NCBI GenBank assembly: GCA_963727505.1
Contig: CAVSGP010000009.1
Coordinates: 480,001 to 544,000 of the forward strand
Source of the DNA: an uncultured Trueperaceae bacterium
GTDB lineage: Bacteria > Deinococcota > Deinococci > Deinococcales > Trueperaceae
Direction of reading: 5' to 3'
DNA: 64,000 bases
In this document: positions 10,659 through 19,540 of the stretch, piece after piece
Position numbering within the stretch: the stretch's first letter is position 1
Layout of the letters: each line of letters starts with the position of its first letter
The notes under the pieces: generated by a model
Databases searched by the model: none
What the model was told of the DNA's origin: nothing
What the model saw: only the letters and a program-made list of their open reading frames with translations
Translations under genes and position numbers: made by a program

Positions 10659-10952
10659 TCAGTCCTCGTCTACGGTGCGGGGCACGCGCACGAAGCCGTC
10701 CTGCCCGGCGTTGGCGAGGTCCATCACGCGTTCGCGGGCGAGCGACGGCGTCACCGCGTCGGGACGCCAGGACCGGGTGGGGACGACGGGACGGACCAGC
10801 TCCTCGACCCCTTCGGTGTCGACGGCCGCGAGCTGGTCGAAGTAGGCCAGCACGCCGGCGACGTCGCGGGCGAGAAGGTCGGCCTCGCCCGGCTCCAACT
10901 CGAGCCGCGCCAGCCGCTCGAGGTGCTCCATGTCGACGTCCTTCGGGCTCAT
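10659..10952 (-). CDS. gatC: Asp/Glu-tRNA amidotransferase subunit C
   Basis: HLERLARLEL...YFDQLAAVDTEGVE...GFVRVPR; 97 aa. Confidence 0.88.
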   Translation of the reverse strand: MSPKDVDMEHLERLARLELEPGEADLLARDVAGVLAYFDQLAAVDTEGVEELVRPVVPTRSWRPDAVTPSLARERVMDLANAGQDGFVRVPRTVDED

Positions 10953-11021
10953 GGCTGCGATGCTAGCACGGCCCTTGCGTAGCCGGCCGCCCGGCGGGGA
11001 GTTGGGGGCCTGCGGCCCCGC

Positions 11022-11753
11022 TCAGGTGAACAGCCGGCCGACGTAGTAGAACACGACCACCAGTGCCAGCGACGGCAGCAACGCGGCGGTTCGCACGCGC
11101 TTGATGTCGAGCAGGCCGAGCCCCAGCGCCACGATGAGCAGGCCTCCCACGCCGTTGACGAGGAGCACCCGGGGGTCGTGGGCGGGATCTGGGATGAGCG
11201 TGGTGAACATCCCCGCCGCCAGCGATAGCCCCCCCTGGTAGACGGCGATGACGAGCACCGAGAAGATCACGCCGAAGCCGAAGGTCGCGGCCAGGGCCAG
11301 CGACGAGAAGCCGTCCAGGGTGGCCTTGAGCAGCAAGAAGCTGGTCTCCCCGCTGAGACCGTTCTGGAGGCTCCCGATGAGCGTCAGCGGCCCCACGCAG
11401 AACAGCAGGGTGGCGGCGACGAAGCCCTCGGTGAAGCGCCCCTGGCCCCGGAATCGGCGTTTGAGGGCGCTCCCGATGGCCTCGAGTCCCTCCTCGAGGC
11501 GCCACCATTCACCCAGCGCTCCCCCCACCGCGAGCGCCATCAGGCCGAGGATGATGCCCGGCGGCCGGTCGACACGCGTCAGGTCGAAGGCGTTGTCGAT
11601 GCCGATGAAGATCGTGACCAGCCCGATCGCCTGCATCACCACCGTGATGATCCGGTCGGGAAGCCGCCCGCGAAGGGCGAGGCCGATCGCGGACCCAGCG
11701 AGCACGGTGGCGATGTTGACGAGGGTCCCCGACGTCTCCTGCAGCAGAGTCAT
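11022..11753 (-). CDS. DUF554 family membrane protein
   Basis: GTLVNIATVLAGSAIG, EGFVAATLLFCVGPL, KATLDG; multiple TM segments. Confidence 0.85.
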   Translation of the reverse strand: MTLLQETSGTLVNIATVLAGSAIGLALRGRLPDRIITVVMQAIGLVTIFIGIDNAFDLTRVDRPPGIILGLMALAVGGALGEWWRLEEGLEAIGSALKRRFRGQGRFTEGFVAATLLFCVGPLTLIGSLQNGLSGETSFLLLKATLDGFSSLALAATFGFGVIFSVLVIAVYQGGLSLAAGMFTTLIPDPAHDPRVLLVNGVGGLLIVALGLGLLDIKRVRTAALLPSLALVVVFYYVGRLFT

Positions 11754-11816
11754 GCTGGGCCGGATGCTACCACGGCCGCGTGTGCGGGCCGCGCCCCATG
11801 TGGCAGCGGAGCGTCG

Positions 11817-12545
11817 TCAGGGAGCCGAGGCCTGGTCGCGGTGCCAGTGGCCCCACAGGTAGGCGCGCGTCGTCACGCCACGTTCGTGGATCGTCTTGGC
11901 CTCATCCAGACCGACGTAGCGGTAGTGCCAGGGTTCGTACATGTAGCAGGTCTGGGAAGCGTAGCCCTTGGGATAGCTCGACGCGAAGCCGTAGCGCCAG
12001 GCGTTGGCCGCCACCCAGGCGCCGGTAGGCGTCGCCGCCCAGTCCTGGTAATCCCACGGCGCCTTGCCCCCCTCGGCACGGATGTCGAGCGTGGTACCGA
12101 GTTGATGTTCGGAGTGGCCGGGCCGTGCGCTCGACTTCAGCGCGTAGGCGTAGCCGTCCACCTTGACCCAGTACTGGAAGGTGGTGACCTGCGTCTGGTA
12201 GGAGCGGTAGGCGCTCTGCACGGCGATGGGATGGCCCGCCGCCGCCGCCGCCTCGGCCATGGCCGCGAGGTGCGGGATCACGAACGAGCGCAACTCTTGG
12301 CCGCCGTTGAGACCGGCCTGGCTGGTGGAGACCAGGTCGGGAGGAGCGTAGTCGGCGGGGAGCCGGAAGTGCGTGTCGACCAGCGTGTAGCGCCACTGGT
12401 CGTACCCCGTGTAGGGGGCCGGCGCATCGGCGACATCGCAGGCGGGGAGCGGCGGCACGGCCTGGGTCGTCTGGGCGGAGGCCACGGAGCCGATCGTCGA
12501 CGCGATCAGCGGGAGGAGAACGAACAACGCGCGCACGGCGCTCAC
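11817..12545 (-). CDS. M15B D-alanyl-D-alanine carboxypeptidase (VanY-like), secreted
   Basis: SAYRSYQTQ, SARPGHSEHQLG, YEPWHYRYVG; signal peptide from GTG 12545. Confidence 0.85.
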   Translation of the reverse strand: MSAVRALFVLLPLIASTIGSVASAQTTQAVPPLPACDVADAPAPYTGYDQWRYTLVDTHFRLPADYAPPDLVSTSQAGLNGGQELRSFVIPHLAAMAEAAAAAGHPIAVQSAYRSYQTQVTTFQYWVKVDGYAYALKSSARPGHSEHQLGTTLDIRAEGGKAPWDYQDWAATPTGAWVAANAWRYGFASSYPKGYASQTCYMYEPWHYRYVGLDEAKTIHERGVTTRAYLWGHWHRDQASAP

Positions 12546-12571
12546 GCTACCACTCGCGGCTGAGCCGTTCG

Positions 12572-13168
12572 TTAGCCGTGCTCGCCCGCCACGGGGGCGG
12601 CCAGTGGAAGGCGCGCCAGCGGGGTATGGCGAGCGCCTGCCGGCCCCAGCTCGCTCTGGAACAACACCAGCGCCTCGACGTACCAGGGCGCGCGTTCGGG
12701 CCGGAAGGCCCGCAGCGCCTCCGCGACCGCATCGCGTGGGGTGCCGCCCAGCCCCGTTACACGCGCGAGGGTGAGGTGCGGCACGAAGCGCCTGCGCTCG
12801 TCGCGCTGCAGGAAGGCGCCGAGGGCGCGCTCCAGATCGCGCTGCAGGCCTGACAGCGCATCCCCGTCCTGGTCGAGGCCGAGCCACAGCACGCTGGGCC
12901 GGCGGGCGCTGGGGAACGCGCCGAGCCCGGCCGTGGCGCAGCGGAAGGGCCTCGCCGTGCGCGCCACGCCGCCGGCCGCACGCTCGAGCGCAGCGACCCT
13001 CCCCTCGTCGACGGCGCCGAGGAAGACCAGGGTGAGGTGGACGGCGTCCGGTGCCGCGTAGCGTGCCCGCAGGCCCGGGAGCGCCGCGCCGAGGTGTTCC
13101 TCGGCGCGGCCGGCCTCGCGGCGCACGCCGTCGGAGGGCTCGAGCGCCAGGAAGAGACGGAGGCTCAC
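12572..13168 (-). CDS. thpR: RNA 2',3'-cyclic phosphodiesterase (2H family)
   Basis: RLFLAL, two HLTL motifs (HLTLVFLG, PHLTLAR). Confidence 0.9.
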   Translation of the reverse strand: MSLRLFLALEPSDGVRREAGRAEEHLGAALPGLRARYAAPDAVHLTLVFLGAVDEGRVAALERAAGGVARTARPFRCATAGLGAFPSARRPSVLWLGLDQDGDALSGLQRDLERALGAFLQRDERRRFVPHLTLARVTGLGGTPRDAVAEALRAFRPERAPWYVEALVLFQSELGPAGARHTPLARLPLAAPVAGEHG

Positions 13169-14178
13169 GGGGTGGGTGCGGAGGTGTCGGCGTTGGCTGT
13201 GCTGTTGGCTCCGGTCCTGGCACCGGTCCTGGTTCCGGCGCCGGCACGGGGGCTGGTGTCGGGGGCCGGGCCCGGTGCGCCGGCCGGGATCCGGCCGACG
13301 TCGTGGAGGTAGCTCACCACGCCGTCGGCCAGCACCTGCGCCGCCCGTTGCGGCCGCTCCAGGTAGGCGCGGTCGCGTGCATTGGTCAGGTAGCCGAGCT
13401 CCACGATCAGGGCGGGGGTGCCGGGGGCGAGCGCGTGCCGGAAGCGCCGTGCGTTGAACGCGTAGTACTTGAGCATGTCGAGCGACACGTTGCGGTCGTC
13501 GTCGCCCAGGGGCGTCTCGGTCAGCATGGCGCGGTCGATGTCGAGCTTCAGCAGAGGGTCACGACGGTTGCGTAGCGGGAGGAAATGCGCGCTCTTGTAT
13601 CCCTCGCGGTGCGGGTCGGGGCTGGCGTCGGCGTGCACGGCCAGCACCAGGTCGGCCCGGTAGCGCGGCGGTACGGTGGCGTCGAAGACGTCGACCTTGA
13701 AGCCGTCGCGCCTGAGGCGTGCCGCCAGCGCGCGCACCACGGCGTGGTTGACGTCGACCTCCTCGAGCCCTCCGGCCGTGGCTCCCGTCGAGGTGCGGAG
13801 CTTCGACAACTCCGCGGGCATGGCGGCGGCATCGAGGTGGCCCACCTGCAGCCCGATGCGGGGCGGGCCGCGCAGGGCGTCGACCGCTCCCTTCAAGCTC
13901 GAGGCCCAGCCGAACGATGAAGCTCCGCGGCCGGTGATGGCGGCCGACCAGTTCAGCCCGAGCAGCGCCAGCAGGGCGATCGCGAAGGCGCTGCCGAGCC
14001 ACCGGCGGCGGCGCGCGCGCGACGCCGGGTCACGCGGACCGTCGACTTGCGGGGCCGCGTGCGGGGCTGCTTGGGCGGCTACGGGCCCAATGTCGGGCAC
14101 CGTCTCGGCGGCCGGCGCTCTCGCGCGGCGCGGCCCCCCTAGGAGGGGGCCTTCCTGGATGGGATCGCGGCCCAGCAC
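13165..14178 (-). CDS. N-acetylmuramoyl-L-alanine amidase (Amidase_3) with N-terminal TM anchor
   Basis: GLQVGH, EVDVN, AVHAD, IVELGYLTN zinc/catalytic pattern. Confidence 0.8.
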   Translation of the reverse strand: MLGRDPIQEGPLLGGPRRARAPAAETVPDIGPVAAQAAPHAAPQVDGPRDPASRARRRRWLGSAFAIALLALLGLNWSAAITGRGASSFGWASSLKGAVDALRGPPRIGLQVGHLDAAAMPAELSKLRTSTGATAGGLEEVDVNHAVVRALAARLRRDGFKVDVFDATVPPRYRADLVLAVHADASPDPHREGYKSAHFLPLRNRRDPLLKLDIDRAMLTETPLGDDDRNVSLDMLKYYAFNARRFRHALAPGTPALIVELGYLTNARDRAYLERPQRAAQVLADGVVSYLHDVGRIPAGAPGPAPDTSPRAGAGTRTGARTGANSTANADTSAPTP

Positions 14179-14244
14179 GCTACATAACGTACACGAGGCG
14201 CGGGGCGGGGGTCGGTGAAAGGATTCCTGCGGCCGGGCGGGGGC

Positions 14245-14901
14245 CTACGGGCGCTCCCCGGTCAACCAGAACATCACGTGCTCGTCGACGTTCTCCAGAT
14301 GATCGCCGAGCCGCTCCAGGAAGCGCGCCACGGACAGGAGCTGGGTCGCGCGCCCGATCGTCTCGGGATCCTCGATCATGTAGGTCAGCAGCTCACGCTG
14401 GATCTGGTCGTAGAGCTCGTCGATCTCGCGGTCCATGGCGTGCGCGCGGCGCGCGGCGTCCACGTCGGCTTCGGCCACGGCCTTCATGCTGGTGTCGATC
14501 ATGCCGCCGAGCACCTCGAGGATGCGCTGCATGTCGAGGTACTTCTTGAGTGGCGGCTGCTCGGCCAGCTTGACCGCCGCGCGAGCCACGTGCTCGGCGT
14601 AGTCGCCCGCACGCTCGATGTCCGCCAGCGACTGATAGGCGGCCCCGAGGAAACGTAGGTCGCGCGCCGCCGGTTGCCGGCGAGCGATGACGGTGAGGAT
14701 CCTCAGCTCGAGGGTGGCCTGCATCGCGTCGATGCGTTCGTCGTTCGCAACGCAGCGCTCGGCCGCGCCGAGGTCGGAGTCGATGAGCGCGGCACGCGCC
14801 AACTCACACCCTTCGCGCACCTGGCTGAGCATCCGCACGAGCGAGGCGTTGATGTCCTGGAGATCCTGGTCCAGCTGCGTCATGATGGACGGCCGCATCA
14901 T
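14245..14901 (-). CDS. phoU: Phosphate signalling protein PhoU
   Basis: RQPAARDLR, DIERAGD, DREIDELY, ERLGDH; true start may be ATG 14883. Confidence 0.93.
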   Translation of the reverse strand: MMRPSIMTQLDQDLQDINASLVRMLSQVREGCELARAALIDSDLGAAERCVANDERIDAMQATLELRILTVIARRQPAARDLRFLGAAYQSLADIERAGDYAEHVARAAVKLAEQPPLKKYLDMQRILEVLGGMIDTSMKAVAEADVDAARRAHAMDREIDELYDQIQRELLTYMIEDPETIGRATQLLSVARFLERLGDHLENVDEHVMFWLTGERP

Positions 14902-14928
14902 ACCGTACAGCCTCGCACACGCCGGTCA

Positions 14929-14967
14929 GCGTCGGGTCAGGGCGTCGGGTGAGGGCGTCGGGTGAGG
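14929..14967. repeat. 3 x 13 bp tandem repeat GCGTCGGGT(C/G)AGG
   Basis: Copies at 14929, 14942 and 14955 in the phoU-phoB intergenic region. Confidence 0.9.
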
Positions 14968-14999
14968 GCGGGCCCCACGCTTGCGATGGCGTGCCCGTT

Positions 15000-15032
15000 C
15001 ATGACGCGCGCATGACCGCACCTCCGTATCAT
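15000..15032 (+). promoter_or_regulatory. PHO-box-like 11-bp-spaced CATGAC repeats plus -10 TATCAT
   Basis: CATGAC at 15000 and 15011 (reverse complement GTCATG); TATCAT at 15027-15032. Confidence 0.5.
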
Positions 15033-15070
15033 GGCCCCATGGAGTGCGCCGCGCGAACGAGGTCGGGCCC

Positions 15071-15748
15071 GTGAGCGGGGGGACCGTCCTGCTCGTCGAG
15101 GACGACGAGGGTGTGCGCGAGCTGGTCGCCTACCACCTGTCGCGGGCGGGCTTCCACGTGGTGGAAGCGGAGGACGGTGAGCGGGCGTGGTCGCGCGTCG
15201 AAGGCGCCGACGCAGTGGTGCTCGACTGGATGCTGCCGGGGGAGTCGGGCCTCGCCTGGCTTGCGCGCTTGCGACGCGCGCGCGGCCAGGACCTGCCCGT
15301 GTTGATGCTCACCGCCCGGGCGCGTGAAGTGGACAGGGTCGAGGGGCTCGAGGGGGGCGCCGACGACTACCTGGTCAAGCCCTTCAGCGCCGCGGAGCTG
15401 GTGGCACGCGTGCGCGCGCTGCTCCGTCGCGCGCCACCCAGCCGCAGGCTCGAGCTGGGGCCCCTGACCGTCGACACGGAACGCGCGCGGGTGACGCTGA
15501 GCGAGCGCGAGATCGAGCTCACCCGGCGCGAGTTCGAGCTGCTGGTCTTCTTCGCTGCGAACCCGGGGCGGGTGTTCGGCCGCGCCGAGCTGCTGGATCG
15601 GGTCTGGGGCGAGGATTTCGTGGGCTCGGAGCGCACGGTCGACCAGCACGTGGCGCAGCTCCGGGCGCTCCTGGGGGCGGCCTGGATCGAGACCGTCCGG
15701 GGTCGCGGCTACCGACTGGCGGAGCCGCAGCGGCGGCTCCCGTCGTGA
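15071..15748 (+). CDS. phoB: OmpR/PhoB-family response regulator
   Basis: LLVEDD, LDWMLP, LMLTAR, GADDYLVKPF, winged helix ETVRGRGYRL; divergent from phoU. Confidence 0.85.
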   Translation: MSGGTVLLVEDDEGVRELVAYHLSRAGFHVVEAEDGERAWSRVEGADAVVLDWMLPGESGLAWLARLRRARGQDLPVLMLTARAREVDRVEGLEGGADDYLVKPFSAAELVARVRALLRRAPPSRRLELGPLTVDTERARVTLSEREIELTRREFELLVFFAANPGRVFGRAELLDRVWGEDFVGSERTVDQHVAQLRALLGAAWIETVRGRGYRLAEPQRRLPS

Positions 15749-16782
15749 CCGGCCCGTCAGCCGCCCCGGCCACGCTGCCCCTGCTCGACGCCTTGCAGGA
15801 GGGCGTCGTCCTCACCGAAGGCGGGCGGGTGTCGTTCGTCAACCGTTCGGCTGCGCAATTGCTGGAGGTGGACGCCGCTCGCGCCGTGGGCCTGCCGCTC
15901 ATCTGGGCGCTGCGTGACCACCGGCTCGAGGCCGCTGTCGTGGAGGGGCGTCCGATCGAGTTGGAGACGCGTGGGCGGTGGGTCCAGGCGGTGCCGGTCG
16001 AGGGGGCCCTGCTGCTGCGTGACGTGACCGAGCTCCGGCGGGCGGAGGAGGACGCGCGCGAGCTGCTGGCGGTGCTGTCCCACGAGCTCCGGACCCCGGT
16101 CACGGCCATCCGCGCCGCGCTCGAGGCGCTGTCGGAGGATCCGCCCGACGGGCTGCGAGCGCGCTTCGTAGGACGGGCAGCGCAGGAGGCCGAGCGGCTG
16201 GTACGTCTGTTGGAGGACCTCACGGTCGAGGTGCGCCCGCCCCGCGAGCGCAGCCTGGTGCTGGCCGAGGTGGCGCGGCGCGCAGCGGCCGTGATCCAGC
16301 CGGTGCTCCACCGGACGGGCGTACGCCTACGGATGGACCTGCCGGAGCTCTCGCTGTGGGCCGACGAGGACAAGCTGCTGCAGGTGCTCATCAACCTGCT
16401 CGAGAACGCCGCTATACACGGCCCCGACGGCGGCATTGTGACGCTCACGGCCCACGTCGAAGGGCCGATGGCGCGCGTCGAGGTGTGGGACCAGGGCGAG
16501 CCACTGGAGCCCACACGCGTCGACGAGCTGTTCCAGCCGCACTCGCGTGGGCACAGCGCCAAGGCGAAGGGTACCGGTCTGGGGCTGTACATCGTGCGAT
16601 CGATCGCACGCCGCTGGGGCGGCGAAGCGTGGGGGGGCCCGCGAGTCTCGGTGGGCGTCGCCGGCACCGCGGGCGGTGAGCCGACAGGGCGGGGGAATGC
16701 CTTCGGATTCAGCGTGCCGTGCGCCCGCAGGGGCGGCGCGGGTGCTGCTCAGCCGGCTTCGGAACCGTCGTCGTCGAGGTAG
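15745..16782 (+). CDS. PhoR-like sensor histidine kinase (PAS-like, HisKA, HATPase; no TM)
   Basis: SHELRTP, NLLENA, GTGLGLYIV; GTGA overlap with the regulator. Confidence 0.85.
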   Translation: MTGPSAAPATLPLLDALQEGVVLTEGGRVSFVNRSAAQLLEVDAARAVGLPLIWALRDHRLEAAVVEGRPIELETRGRWVQAVPVEGALLLRDVTELRRAEEDARELLAVLSHELRTPVTAIRAALEALSEDPPDGLRARFVGRAAQEAERLVRLLEDLTVEVRPPRERSLVLAEVARRAAAVIQPVLHRTGVRLRMDLPELSLWADEDKLLQVLINLLENAAIHGPDGGIVTLTAHVEGPMARVEVWDQGEPLEPTRVDELFQPHSRGHSAKAKGTGLGLYIVRSIARRWGGEAWGGPRVSVGVAGTAGGEPTGRGNAFGFSVPCARRGGAGAAQPASEPSSSR

Positions 16783-17600
16783 CTGGGGAGGGGATCGAGC
16801 TCCCGCCGCCGCCGGCGGCGGACCATCACGCGGGGTAGGTCGGGGTAGGTGAGCTTCATGGGGTCGCGCTCGCGCGCGCCGATGGCGCCAACGCCGGGTC
16901 CGAACGCGGAAGCCTCCTCGTCCGGCTCCTGCGTGGCGTCGGGCGGCGCCACGCGACTGTGTGGGAAGGCACGCCGGTACGCCGCCGGCGGCACCAGCAC
17001 CAGGAGCAGCGCACTGACCACCACGCCGAGCAGCGCGGGGCGTTGCTGCGCCCACAGGGCGGCAGGCGTGACGGCGCCAGTGCGGGCCTCGAGCAGGGCC
17101 AGGCCGCCGGTGCCCCAGGCGAGCGCGTAGGCGAGCAGGGCATCGAACGGCCCGGCCCAGCGGCTGCTTCGGGGTGAGGGGTAGATGGCGAGCCAGCCGA
17201 GCACGGCGAGCTCGAGCGCGAACACCGCCTGCTGCCAACCGGGGAGCCAGCCGTTGGCCTGCAGGCCGGCCACCAGCGCCGCGACCACCACGCCGATGCC
17301 GGGGCCGTAGGCCAGCGTCACCAGCGCCAGCGGGACACGCTCGAGGCCGGCCGCGAGGCGTGTCCAGCCCGAGGGTCCGTAGGTCTGAACGAGCAGCGCC
17401 GAGAGGTAGGCAAGGGCGAAGGCCGCGAGCACCGCTCCGACGATGCGCAGCAGGATGCGTGGACGGACGAGGACGGCCACGTCGCGCCGAAGGAGACCCG
17501 TCGTCAAGGACACCAGTGCCAGCAGCGCGGCGGCGAGGAGGGCGTAGGCGAAGACGGGGTCGCGCTGGATCGCGTCCAGCAGCCACTGCAGGGCGCTCAT
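16749..17600 (-). CDS. Integral membrane protein, weakly ECF S-component-like
   Basis: Several hydrophobic helices; VPLALVTLAYGPGIG pattern; TAGATT -10 lies 6 nt before the ATG. Confidence 0.65.
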   Translation of the reverse strand: MSALQWLLDAIQRDPVFAYALLAAALLALVSLTTGLLRRDVAVLVRPRILLRIVGAVLAAFALAYLSALLVQTYGPSGWTRLAAGLERVPLALVTLAYGPGIGVVVAALVAGLQANGWLPGWQQAVFALELAVLGWLAIYPSPRSSRWAGPFDALLAYALAWGTGGLALLEARTGAVTPAALWAQQRPALLGVVVSALLLVLVPPAAYRRAFPHSRVAPPDATQEPDEEASAFGPGVGAIGARERDPMKLTYPDLPRVMVRRRRRRELDPLPSYLDDDGSEAG

Positions 17601-17639
17601 GCGTTCAATCTACCACAGCGGATGTAGGCGAGAACATCG

Positions 17640-18542
17640 TCAGGGACGGGGTCCTGGAGTGCCATCGGGGTTGCCTTGCGTGTCCCCGAGGGTGTCGCCG
17701 AAGGGCGGTTCGTCGAACCGCCCGCTGCGCGCCATGGCGGCGATCCGGGCCAGCGCCCGGCGACGACCCGGCTCGCGGGCGAGGGCGCTACCAAGGGTGC
17801 CCCACGCGGCCAGCGTGGCGCGGTGCGCGAGGCGCGCCGCGCGCGGGAGGTAGCGTCGGCTGAGCTGATAGCCGCCGCGGACGCCCTCCACCAGGAAGGC
17901 GCCGTCGGCGGGCGTGGAACTGCCGCCGAGGTGGAGCACCGGCGCGTCGACCAGCAGGCAGCCGAACCCCGCGGCGCGCGCGCGGAGGCAGAACTCCATG
18001 TCCTCGTTGTAGAAGCGCAGGCTCGTGTCGAGCCCGCCGACGCGCTCGAGCAGCGATCTCCGCACCACCTGGAGGCAGCCGGTCAACCACGGCACCCGCA
18101 CGCTCCCGCCGGGCCGCAGCCCCAGCCGCAGGTAATGGGGGTGATAGAGCAGGCCGTGGTCCTGCCGGCGCCCCTGCGGCGTGCGGGCCAGCGGCGCTGC
18201 CACGCCGGCCCCGCGGTCGCGCTCGAGGGCGTCCAGCAGGCGCGTGAAGGTATCGGGTTCGACGAAGACATCGGCGTTCATATGGGCGGCGAAGGCGCCG
18301 CCGGCGTGCTTGAGGCCGACGTTGACGGCGTGAGCGTAGGAGTGGTTGGGCGCCGTCAACGTGAGGACGTCCGGGTGCCGGGCACGCACGGCCGCCAGCA
18401 CCCGGTCGTCGGGCGCGGTGTCCACCACGACGGGCCGGACCGGCGATCGACTGCGCCCCAGCAGCTCGAGGCAGGTCTGGAGGATGTCGGGGGTACGGTG
18501 GTGCACCACCACGACGGTGAGCTCGTCCGCCACGCCCGTCAC
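17640..18542 (-). CDS. Glycosyltransferase family 2
   Basis: VVVVHH, NHSYAHAVNVG, MNAD, GCLQVVRR, GGLD...FYNEDMEFCLR, HLGGSS. Confidence 0.85.
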   Translation of the reverse strand: MTGVADELTVVVVHHRTPDILQTCLELLGRSRSPVRPVVVDTAPDDRVLAAVRARHPDVLTLTAPNHSYAHAVNVGLKHAGGAFAAHMNADVFVEPDTFTRLLDALERDRGAGVAAPLARTPQGRRQDHGLLYHPHYLRLGLRPGGSVRVPWLTGCLQVVRRSLLERVGGLDTSLRFYNEDMEFCLRARAAGFGCLLVDAPVLHLGGSSTPADGAFLVEGVRGGYQLSRRYLPRAARLAHRATLAAWGTLGSALAREPGRRRALARIAAMARSGRFDEPPFGDTLGDTQGNPDGTPGPRP

Positions 18543-18634
18543 TATGCCACGCCCTGGCAGCGGGAATCGTGCGCGCGGGGGGGCCGCCGCCGAGTGACAA
18601 AGATCTCATGGTCGTCGCCGTACACTGAGGGCCG

Positions 18635-19531
18635 ATGGACGAATCCCAAGAGCATGTCCGAGCCGAACCGCGATACCGGGTGGGTGTCGCGCTCGGCGGT
18701 GGGAGCGCGCGTGGTTACGCGCATATCGGTGCCCTGGCCAGCCTCGAGCGGCACGGGTTCGCGCCCGACATCGTGGTCGGGACGAGCTTCGGGGCCGTGA
18801 TCGGGGCGCTGTACGCCGCCGGTCGCAGCCCGGAGGAGCTCCGTGTCGAGGCCGCGGCGATGCGCCGGCGGGACGTCTTCCCGTTCATCGCCGACTTCGG
18901 TCTCCACAAGGGTGCCCTGTTCGATGGGCGCCGACTGGAGGAATACTTCGACGGCATGGTCGAAGGCCGCTCGTTCGAGGACCTGGAGCGGCCGCTGGTC
19001 GTCGTGGCCACCGACGTCGACAGCGGGGAGCGGGTGCTGCTGTCCAGCGGCCCGCTGGCTCCAGCGCTGCGCGCCAGCGCCTCGATCCCGGGCGTGTTCG
19101 CACCGATCACGTTGGGTGGACGGCGCTTGATGGACGGCGGCATCGGCTCTCCGGTGCCGCTCGAGACCCTGCACGGGCTGGACGTCGGGCTCTGCATCGG
19201 TATCGGCGCCGGAATGGAGGCGGAGGATTCGCGCAGCATCCGCGCCGCCCGGCGGTTCCTGCACACCGACGTGGGTCGCCGCCTGCACCGGTCGTTGGGG
19301 CAGGGGAGCCGCCGCAACTTCGCAGCCCGGCTCGGGCGCGCCCTTGCCTACGCTGCGGACGGCTGGCTGAGTGAGGCGGGGGACGAGGCGTCGCTGCACG
19401 TCCACACGCGCCCGCCCATCCACTGGTTGAACTTCCACCGCGCGGAGATCGCCATCCGCGCGGGCGATGATGCGCTCGATCAGTTCATGCCTCGCATCCA
19501 GCAAGCGCTGGCCGGCGCCATTCCTGTCTGA
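18635..19531 (+). CDS. Patatin-like phospholipase
   Basis: GGGSARG, GTSFG (GxSxG), DGG. Confidence 0.9.
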   Translation: MDESQEHVRAEPRYRVGVALGGGSARGYAHIGALASLERHGFAPDIVVGTSFGAVIGALYAAGRSPEELRVEAAAMRRRDVFPFIADFGLHKGALFDGRRLEEYFDGMVEGRSFEDLERPLVVVATDVDSGERVLLSSGPLAPALRASASIPGVFAPITLGGRRLMDGGIGSPVPLETLHGLDVGLCIGIGAGMEAEDSRSIRAARRFLHTDVGRRLHRSLGQGSRRNFAARLGRALAYAADGWLSEAGDEASLHVHTRPPIHWLNFHRAEIAIRAGDDALDQFMPRIQQALAGAIPV

Positions 19532-19540
19532 GTCCGCAGG

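Noticed and set aside
11817..12545. VanY-like gene as a vancomycin resistance locus
   Set aside because: No vanHAX or vanRS; stand-alone M15B peptidases are common
14929..14967. Short direct repeats here and at 32011 and 57489 as a possible CRISPR array
   Set aside because: Head-to-tail with no spacers, only 2-3 copies, and no cas genes
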